Source: an uncultured Gammaproteobacteria bacterium
GTDB taxonomy: Bacteria > Pseudomonadota > Gammaproteobacteria > Arenicellales > JAANXG01
Reading direction: 5' to 3'
Assembly (NCBI GenBank): GCA_947259705.1
Contig: CAMYNL010000005.1
Span: forward strand, 48,012 to 112,011
DNA: 64,000 nucleotides
Below the pieces are notes generated by a model, which saw nothing but the letters and a program-made list of their open reading frames with translations, was not told where the DNA came from and made no database searches. Position 1 is the stretch's first letter. Each line of letters opens with the position of its first letter. Below are positions 57,012 through 64,000 of this stretch, in pieces. Position numbers and translations under genes: made by a program.

Positions 57012-58037
57012 TCAGCGACGGGGAACGTCGGCGGCAAATTCGAAAGAATCGTAGAACAACTGATCGGCAGGCAGGCCATGTCGCGAGAAGGCGGCGCGCG
57101 CCGCATCGATCATGGGCGGCGGACCGGACGCATAGACATCATAATCCTCCAGGTCCGGATAGCGTTCAAGCAAGGCCTCGTGTACCCAACCACGGCGACC
57201 ATCCCAGGCATCCTCCGCCGCTGGCTCCGACAGCGCCACGGTATACTGAAAATTGTCGTGACTGCGCCGCCAGGCCTCCAGCTCGTCCGCCATATAGAGA
57301 TCGCGACGCGCCCGCACCCCCCAGAACAGGTGCATGGGCAAGCGGGCAGCCTCCCTGAAGGCACCCTCAATGATCGCCTTGATCGGAGCCATGCCGGTGC
57401 CCCCGGCCATCAACAGCAAGGGCCGCCGTGCGTCATCCCGCAGAAAAAACGTGCCCAACGGACCCTGGAAACGCAGCAAGTCCCCCTCTTTCATTGACTC
57501 GAACACGTGGCTGGTGAAGTGCCCATCAGGCACCCGCCGGATGTGCAGTTCCAATATCGCATGCTCGCCGGGAGGGTTGGCGATGGAGAAGCTGCGACGA
57601 CGGCCGTCCCGCAACAGGATGTCGATGTACTGCCCCGGAAGAAAGTTGAATGACTGATTCTGCGGCAGCTTCAGGTGCACACCCATTACGTCGTGAGCCA
57701 GGCGTTCCAGGCGCACCACCCGGCACGGAAGCATCCTGATTTGTATCTCCTCCGCCGCCAACAGCTCACGGGCATCGACCTCCAGATCGGATTCCGCCCG
57801 TGACTGGCATAGCAGGGCCATGCCGTCCTGTCTTTCCTGCTCCGATAACGCGTCAGCCTCGTAGTCACCGTGATCCACGCTGCCGCTCACTATTCGTGCC
57901 TTGCAGGTACCACACGAACCGGTGCGACAACTGTAAGGCAGCACTATGCCCTGGCGCAGCGCGGCATCCAGTATGGTTTCGTCGTCGCGGACAATAAACT
58001 GTTTGCCGCTGCTCTGCAGTTTGACCTGATGATCCAT
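57012..58037 (-). CDS. 2Fe-2S ferredoxin-fused FAD/NAD(P)H oxidoreductase (CDP-6-deoxy-delta-3,4-glucoseen reductase / Fre-like family)
   Basis: N-terminal plant-type cluster motif YSCRTGSCGTCKARI...LLC, FAD-binding RSFSIAN and NAD-binding LLMAGGTGMAPI. Confidence 0.82.
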   Translation of the reverse strand: MDHQVKLQSSGKQFIVRDDETILDAALRQGIVLPYSCRTGSCGTCKARIVSGSVDHGDYEADALSEQERQDGMALLCQSRAESDLEVDARELLAAEEIQIRMLPCRVVRLERLAHDVMGVHLKLPQNQSFNFLPGQYIDILLRDGRRRSFSIANPPGEHAILELHIRRVPDGHFTSHVFESMKEGDLLRFQGPLGTFFLRDDARRPLLLMAGGTGMAPIKAIIEGAFREAARLPMHLFWGVRARRDLYMADELEAWRRSHDNFQYTVALSEPAAEDAWDGRRGWVHEALLERYPDLEDYDVYASGPPPMIDAARAAFSRHGLPADQLFYDSFEFAADVPRR

Positions 58038-58130
58038 CTCGCGTTGACGCTTGTCTTGGCAGAAGGGGAATTGTTTTTGTCGCTGCCCCGGTTATAGTGC
58101 GTCCCCGAATCCACTTTACAACCCCGAGCG

Positions 58131-58946
58131 ATGCCTGAGTTACCGGAAGTCGAGACCACCCGTCGCGGAATCGCGCCCTTCCTCACCGGGCAGCGCATTG
58201 CCGCGGTCAACATCTACAACCCTGAGCTGCGCTGGCCGGTCACGGCGGACCTGCCCGGGGCCCTGACAGGGCAGCGCGTAGAAGCGGTGGAGCGGCGCGC
58301 CAAGTACCTGTTGCTGCGCACCGGGGCGGGTAGCGTCATCATGCACCTCGGGATGTCCGGCAGCCTGCGCATCGTTTCCGCTGCGGTTCCACCGGGCGCG
58401 CACGACCACATTGAGTTCCGCCTCGCGGATGAGCGTTATCTGCGCTTCCGCGACCCGCGTCGTTTCGGCTGCATGCTATGGACCCGGGGTGATCCCCTGA
58501 CGCACCCGCTGTTGCGTGAACTCGGCCCGGAGCCGCTGGGGCCTGGGTTCAGCGGTGACTACCTTTACGAACTGTCGCGGCATCGCCGCTCCAGTATCAA
58601 GACGCTGCTGATGGACAGCCGCGCGGTCAGCGGCATCGGCAACATCTACGCCAGCGAGGCCCTTTTCCACAGCGGCGTACACCCCATGCGCGCAGCCGGG
58701 CGGGTCGCCCGGCACCGCTACGAACGACTGGTCGACAGCGTGCGGCAGACCCTGGAGACCGCCATTGCCGCGGGCGGCACCAGCTTGCGCGACTTCACCC
58801 ACGAGGATGGCACCCCAGGCTATTTTAGTCATCAACTCCAGGTCTACGACCGGGAAAATCTCCCTTGTTTCAGGTGCAAAAATCCTATCCGGCGCCGGGT
58901 CATTGCGCAACGTTCTACCTATTTCTGTCCACGTTGTCAGCGCTAA
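58131..58946 (+). CDS. mutM: Formamidopyrimidine-DNA glycosylase
   Basis: MPELPEVETTRRG N-terminus, H2TH region and C-terminal zinc finger CFRCKNPIRRRVIAQRSTYFCPRCQ. Confidence 0.94.
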   Translation: MPELPEVETTRRGIAPFLTGQRIAAVNIYNPELRWPVTADLPGALTGQRVEAVERRAKYLLLRTGAGSVIMHLGMSGSLRIVSAAVPPGAHDHIEFRLADERYLRFRDPRRFGCMLWTRGDPLTHPLLRELGPEPLGPGFSGDYLYELSRHRRSSIKTLLMDSRAVSGIGNIYASEALFHSGVHPMRAAGRVARHRYERLVDSVRQTLETAIAAGGTSLRDFTHEDGTPGYFSHQLQVYDRENLPCFRCKNPIRRRVIAQRSTYFCPRCQR

Positions 58947-59098
58947 ACGGAAATTTCTAAAGTAAATTCTAGATAAGAATTGAAAGCTGCTGGTTTCACT
59001 TCATATTTTGCAATTCCTCAGATTATGGTGTATAGATTTAAACAATAGATTGCGTACTGATTTCCGCGGACAAACAAAAAAATGGAGCGGCCCCGGCC

Positions 59099-61069
59099 AT
59101 GGTCCACAACCGCATAGAACGAGAGTTCGATGCCTACAGCACTTGGCGGCAGCAGGTGCACGAGGCGATCGTCGGCTATCGCGACTGGCTGAGCTCACAG
59201 AAGCTCAGCGACATGCACGTCGAGCAGCGCATCAATCAGCTGCTGTCCACCCTCAATGACGACAAGCTCTATATTGCCTTTGTCGCCGAGTTTTCGCGTG
59301 GCAAATCAGAACTGATCAATGCCGTATTCTTTGGCGATATGGGGCAGCGGGTGGTGCCGTCCGGGGCGGGCCGAACCACCATGTGCCCAACGGAGTTGAT
59401 GTACGACCCGAGCCTCGAGCCCAGCATCAGGCTGCTGCCGATAGAAACGCGCAGTCAGGAAACCACGATCAGCGAATTCAAGACCTTTCCGGAGGAATGG
59501 GAGATCATTCCTCTCGACGCGTTGGACCCCTCTTCCACCGCGGAGGCGCTGCAGCAGCTGTCGGAGGTGAAGCTCGTGACGCGCCAAGTGTCGGAATCTC
59601 TGGGTCTGCCGGTGGCGGACGACGAGGCCCACCAGGACGGCATGCATATCACCGAGGACGGACGGGTCGAAATTCCACGCTGGCGCCATGCCATTGTCAA
59701 CTATCCACACCCGCTGCTGGAACAGGGCCTGGTGATTCTGGACACGCCTGGGCTCAACGCGCTTGGGGCCGAGCCCGAGTTGACTCTCAACCTGTTGGCC
59801 TCGGCCCATGCCGTGATCTTCATTCTCGCGGCCGATACCGGGGTAACCAAGTCGGATATGGCGCTATGGCGCGACCACATTATCATCGATGCCGGCGTCA
59901 GCAAGGGGCAGATGGTGGTATTGAACAAGATCGACGTACTGTGGGACGAGCTGCGGGATGCCTTCGAGGTGGAACAGGAGATAGACCGCCAGATCGAAAG
60001 CACATCACGCACCTTGAGTGTCGACGCCGATCGTATTTTCCCCATTTCGGCCCAAAAGGCACTGCTGGGCAAGATCCGCAGTGATTCCCGGGTGCTCGCC
60101 AACAGCCGTATCGGCGAGTTCGAGGATGCTCTAACCACCTTGCTCATCCCATCGAAGCGAGAGATCGTCAGCGCCAACGTTCACGGCGAGATGGCCGAGG
60201 TCGTCAAGACGACCAAGGCGCTGAATGAACAGCGGTTGAGCGATGTCAATGAGCACATTGCTGAGCTACAGCGCCTGAACGGGAAAAACATGGAAGTGAT
60301 CGAAGACATGATGGATAAGGTACGTTCAGATAAACAGCACCTGGAGCAGAACCTGCAGCGATTTCAGGCGACGCGCTCTATCTTCAGCAAGCAGACCGGC
60401 AACCTGTATGGGTATTTGAGCATTCAGCAGCTGGATCGTCTCATCGCGGAGACCAAGAAGAACATGGCCATCAGCCTTACTACGGGCGGGCTGCGCACCA
60501 GCATGATCAAGTTTTTCGGCGAAGCCGGTCGCGCTATAGACAGCGCCGCCAAGCAGTCGACGGAAATACAGGAATTGATGGAGGGCGTTTACCGTAAGTT
60601 CCAGGAAGAACATGGACTGGCGAACATCAAGCCCCGTCGCTTCACGACCGCCAAGTACCAGCGTGAACTCAAGCGCCTCATCGAGCGCCACGACCACTTT
60701 ATCCGAGGCATGTCCATGGTGATGACCGAGCAGATGGTTTTGTCCCGGCGCTTCAACGACTCAGTAGTTATGAAGGTCAAGCAGATCTTCGAACGTGCCA
60801 ACCAGGACGCCGACGAATGGCTGCGTACCATCATGTCGCCCATGGAAACCCAGGTTCGTGAACACCAGATTCAGTTGCGGCGGCGGCTGGAAAGCATCAA
60901 GCGGATCCACAAGGCCAGCGATACCCTCGATGACCGGCTGGATGAACTTCGGCACGTTAGGGACGGAATCCTGGACCAGAAACATCACATGCTGGAACAC
61001 ATCGACCAGATCGAGTCGATACTGGAGAATCAGGCGTCAGACCAGGAGGTTGCCGAGCGCCTGGCTTGA
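59099..61069 (+). CDS. Bacterial dynamin-like GTPase (dynamin family protein)
   Basis: 656 aa. G1 is YIAFVAEFSRGKSELINAVF, G3 is VILDTPGLNALG, G4 is VVLNKIDVL. A long helical stalk-like C-terminal half follows. Confidence 0.72.
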   Translation: MVHNRIEREFDAYSTWRQQVHEAIVGYRDWLSSQKLSDMHVEQRINQLLSTLNDDKLYIAFVAEFSRGKSELINAVFFGDMGQRVVPSGAGRTTMCPTELMYDPSLEPSIRLLPIETRSQETTISEFKTFPEEWEIIPLDALDPSSTAEALQQLSEVKLVTRQVSESLGLPVADDEAHQDGMHITEDGRVEIPRWRHAIVNYPHPLLEQGLVILDTPGLNALGAEPELTLNLLASAHAVIFILAADTGVTKSDMALWRDHIIIDAGVSKGQMVVLNKIDVLWDELRDAFEVEQEIDRQIESTSRTLSVDADRIFPISAQKALLGKIRSDSRVLANSRIGEFEDALTTLLIPSKREIVSANVHGEMAEVVKTTKALNEQRLSDVNEHIAELQRLNGKNMEVIEDMMDKVRSDKQHLEQNLQRFQATRSIFSKQTGNLYGYLSIQQLDRLIAETKKNMAISLTTGGLRTSMIKFFGEAGRAIDSAAKQSTEIQELMEGVYRKFQEEHGLANIKPRRFTTAKYQRELKRLIERHDHFIRGMSMVMTEQMVLSRRFNDSVVMKVKQIFERANQDADEWLRTIMSPMETQVREHQIQLRRRLESIKRIHKASDTLDDRLDELRHVRDGILDQKHHMLEHIDQIESILENQASDQEVAERLA

Positions 61070-61491
61070 ACCCGGTGAGTCCGGGTACGGACCGCAAAAC
61101 CCGTTCTGCTACAGAACTTGTAGAGACCTGAGCTGTAAAAGTCTGAATGTGGTCTTTCAGTGTAGGTTGACAAGCGCGACCCAATCTGACGGTTCTGCAA
61201 AAGCAGCCACTGGCGCGAAATCCTTGTACGATCGTTCAGTGCCTATTGCGGACCTTCTCGTTGAAGATCAGAACGAGTTGCTGCGTCGCAACACCAATGC
61301 TTCAAAACGACCCCTTGCGGCCTGACAGGCCTTGTCAACTCAACGGCCGCTCTGGTGCGTTCAAAAGTCATTTGTGCAGAGTCATTATCCTTGGCTTACG
61401 ATACTGACGGCGGTTGACCTAAAAATACGGATTATCAGAGGGAATCAAACAAGGATACTAGCCGGGGAACTAGGCGGTAGCCGATGCCGGC

Positions 61492-63165
61492 CTACTTATA
61501 ATATTCCTTACGGAACGAGTCGATCAGTGCAGTGGCTTCGTCTTCAAAAACACCCATCGTATTGAGCACCGCGCCGCCGAGCTGCAGACTTGCTTCTAGT
61601 GTTTCCGAAATGGCAATGGTTGCTCCGGCTTTTAGCAACTGGTCACAGTGTTGCTGGTCAAGACCTCGTACGTGGATAGCGATGTCCGGGTAATGCTGTC
61701 GCAGAATATTGACCAGCCGCACGGCAGGTACGGTCTTATCAAGCGTACATACCAGCACGCCAGCCTGCTCGGCACCTGCCGCCTTCAGTACTTCGATGTG
61801 GCTGGCATCGCCGTAGAAGACCGAGAAGCCGTCGCGTCTGCCTTCTAGCACACGGTCAGCATCACTTTCGACGGCGATATAGGACAGATTCGCGACCTGC
61901 AGAATCCTCGCGAGTCGTCGTCCGACGCGACCAAAGCCGGCAATGATGACATGCGGTTGCTCAGCATCGATATGGTCGGTAGTGACGTCGTGCCGATCCG
62001 CCACTTTGGTCAAGCGCCTGTTGAGGTATTCACCGAGCTTCGGCATAAACGGTGTGGTGACCATGGTCAGCGCCACCAGCAGGGCCAGGAGATGGAAAAG
62101 ATCCTCTGACAGGATACCGCTGCTGGCTGCCAGCCCAAACAGCACGAAGGCGAATTCCCCGCTCTGCGACAGTAGCAGCGATGCTCGGATGGCATCCGGC
62201 GTGCCGATTCGCATGACGCGACACAAAACCCACAATATTGCGAACTTGACCAGTAACAGGCCAAGTACCAACCCGGCAATCAAAACACCCAGCCTACCTA
62301 ACAGTCCAAAATCGATGGACATGCCGACGGCCATGAAAAACAAGCCAAGCAAGATGCCGCGAAACGGCTCAATATCAGCAATCACCTGGTGCCGGTAATG
62401 AGATTCCGCCATCATCAGTCCCGCGACAAATGCGCCCATTGCTAACGACAGTCCCACCTCCTCCATCAACCAGGCCGTGCCCAGCACCGCGAACATGGTA
62501 GCGGCGGTGAACACCTCGGCTGTCCGGCTGGTTGATACCAGTCGCAGGATCGGCGAAAGCAAGAACCGACCAACGAGGATAACCAGTGCGATAACGAGCA
62601 CAGCCTCCAATATCGCGAACTCAATGCCCTCCAGCAGCGTAGTGGTTCTAACGGCGAGCAGTGACACCAGCGCCAGCAAGGGCACCAGCGCCAAGTCCTG
62701 TAAGAGCAGCACAGATAATGCTGTGCGGCCGTGACCTGTGCCCATTTCACCCCGCTCGGCTAGTATCTGGAGACCAAATGCCGTTGAAGAGAGCGCCAGA
62801 CCAAAACCGATGATCATCGCTACCTCGAGCGGCTGATCGAACAGCAGGGCCAGGCCGGCGATGACCAAACCGGTCACCATCACCTGAGCCGTGCCTAGAC
62901 CGAACACCGTGCGCCGCATGGCCCACAGACGTGCAGGTTTCAATTCTATTCCGATGATGAACAGCAGGAAGATAACGCCGAACTCGGCGATACGCCGGAT
63001 TTCCTCGATCTGGTCGATGACACCGAGCGCCCAGGGGCCGACGACAGCGCCGGCAGCCAGGTATCCCACTACCGAACCAAGACCCAGCCGTTGGAAGACT
63101 GAAACAGCGATGACCGCCGCCGCCAGCAGAATAAGTATGTCTGCGAGGTAATGGGTTTCCGTCAC
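61492..63165 (-). CDS. Kef-type K+/H+ antiporter (CPA2 family) with a C-terminal RCK/TrkA-N domain
   Basis: 557 aa. N-terminus LADILILLAAAVIAVSVFQRLGLGSVVGYLAAGAVVGPWALG, about 12 TM segments, then the Rossmann motif VIIAGFGRVGRRLARIL. GTG start at 63165. Confidence 0.88.
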   Translation of the reverse strand: MTETHYLADILILLAAAVIAVSVFQRLGLGSVVGYLAAGAVVGPWALGVIDQIEEIRRIAEFGVIFLLFIIGIELKPARLWAMRRTVFGLGTAQVMVTGLVIAGLALLFDQPLEVAMIIGFGLALSSTAFGLQILAERGEMGTGHGRTALSVLLLQDLALVPLLALVSLLAVRTTTLLEGIEFAILEAVLVIALVILVGRFLLSPILRLVSTSRTAEVFTAATMFAVLGTAWLMEEVGLSLAMGAFVAGLMMAESHYRHQVIADIEPFRGILLGLFFMAVGMSIDFGLLGRLGVLIAGLVLGLLLVKFAILWVLCRVMRIGTPDAIRASLLLSQSGEFAFVLFGLAASSGILSEDLFHLLALLVALTMVTTPFMPKLGEYLNRRLTKVADRHDVTTDHIDAEQPHVIIAGFGRVGRRLARILQVANLSYIAVESDADRVLEGRRDGFSVFYGDASHIEVLKAAGAEQAGVLVCTLDKTVPAVRLVNILRQHYPDIAIHVRGLDQQHCDQLLKAGATIAISETLEASLQLGGAVLNTMGVFEDEATALIDSFRKEYYK

Positions 63166-63854
63166 GTCACATCAGTATCAGCGTGATGCCGTCGCTGTCA
63201 ATAACAGGGGGGGGGACACCTGTCCTTTCGAATTTATAAATGCAGGCATTACGGTGAAGTGATGTGTTTTGACGTCGGCTATACTCGGGCTGTCTTATTC
63301 ATGCAGATCGATCAGCAAGACTGACCGCTGCCAGGGTGAAGCTGCCGTTCGGCAGGGTTACCTCGACCGGCAGCTCATGGCCGGTTGCCGCATGATGCAG
63401 CGCAGCAGCCGGCACTGATTTCTTCCCTTTCGCCAAGGGCGGCAATGAGTATTGAGGGGAAGGGCGTTGGCCTTGTTGAATGTCCGGTTTCGTGCCTTAG
63501 ACATTCGGGTAATTTGCAAGGTCAAGCCAAACCTGAATTTCCTATTTGTAAGCTGAAGTCACAATTAATACACCTGAGGTGAGGCCGGCAGACCGGCCTC
63601 ACCACCCTGTTGTTCCCACATGAACAGCAGGATATTCACCTGCCCCCCATTGCAGGGAGATCTCCAAACAGGGTAATGACTCCGGTGTTGACCCACACCG
63701 GCTGTTCGAGTCTAGGATATAGATGGCAGTAATGCCGAAAGAGGCAGACATACAGAACATCCATACGCAGCTGACGTCCGGGAATCCCGCAACCGAAACA
63801 GCATGATGGTGTCGGCGATAGCCGTGCCCTGACGGCGCCGGCTGACAGGCCCGA

Positions 63855-64000
63855 TCACCGCCTTGTCAAGAGTTCGATTCGTTTTGCAATCAACTCTCGC
63901 CGCCGTTTGCGTGAGATCTCCCGGAACGTCGACGATTCCCAAGTGTGATAGCAAAGGAACAACATCGCCCGCATGTCAAGATCGTCGCCTGTGACGCCAA
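63855..64000 (-). CDS. 3' end of an unidentified gene entering from the right edge of the window
   Basis: The open frame to the window edge translates ...GVTGDDLDMRAMLFLCYHTWESSTFREISRKRRRELIAKRIELLTRR, with the stop at 63855-63857. No family recognised, and the fragment is too short to judge. Confidence 0.25.
   Translation of the reverse strand, partial: GVTGDDLDMRAMLFLCYHTWESSTFREISRKRRRELIAKRIELLTRR

Noticed and set aside
63385-63582. A 65-aa + strand ORF ending at the 63578 hairpin, considered as a small gene with a terminator.
   Set aside because: It has a TTG start with no RBS, low-complexity translation, and a hairpin that lacks a following T-run.
1-64000. Search for CRISPR arrays, rRNA and long tandem arrays.
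   Set aside because: No regularly spaced direct repeats with unique spacers were seen. The only tandem or inverted repeat clusters are those reported at 21706-21806 and 35866-37138. No rRNA-like sequence was noticed.

Overview
This window looks like a high-G+C gammaproteobacterial chromosome segment. All calls come from reading the supplied ORF translations and the DNA by eye; no searches were run. Start codons and G+C contrasts are approximate. The backbone is housekeeping genes in Pseudomonas-type synteny blocks. Block 1 is ychF-pth-rplY-prs-tRNA(Gln)-lolB-TPR, divergent from hemA-prfA-prmC. Block 2 is prlC, gor, aroE, oxyR, a Prx-Grx hybrid, lysA, lptM and argH. Block 3 is algZ-like x2, algR, hemC, hemD, hemX, hemY, then an fre-like reductase and mutM. 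Three visibly lower-G+C accessory stretches interrupt this backbone. (i) 1-5996 holds a GntR-controlled SAF/UxaA dehydratase plus TRAP transporter locus with decayed genes, abutting the 3' end of tRNA-Met. (ii) About 19440-37140 is an 18-kb mosaic carrying a truncated IS5-family relic and an IS630 element whose transposase has an in-frame stop. That IS sits inside a small inverted-repeat element at the island edge. The mosaic also carries envelope and stress genes: L,D-transpeptidase, MarC, MscS, EF-hand, SYLF, ECF sigma, MtfA and cytochrome P460. (iii) 58950-64000 holds a lone dynamin-like GTPase and a Kef-type antiporter. No CRISPR array or rRNA was seen. The candidates most worth a second look are: an ECF-sigma five-gene envelope operon (28033-30275); an orphan promoter-plus-terminator unit that looks like an sRNA between argH and the kinase genes (49064-49220); a secreted single-CXXCH protein co-transcribed with the Prx-Grx peroxidase beside oxyR (43530-44792); the nested repeat/IS630 structure (35866-37138); tandem AlgZ-type kinases; and the solitary dynamin-like gene.
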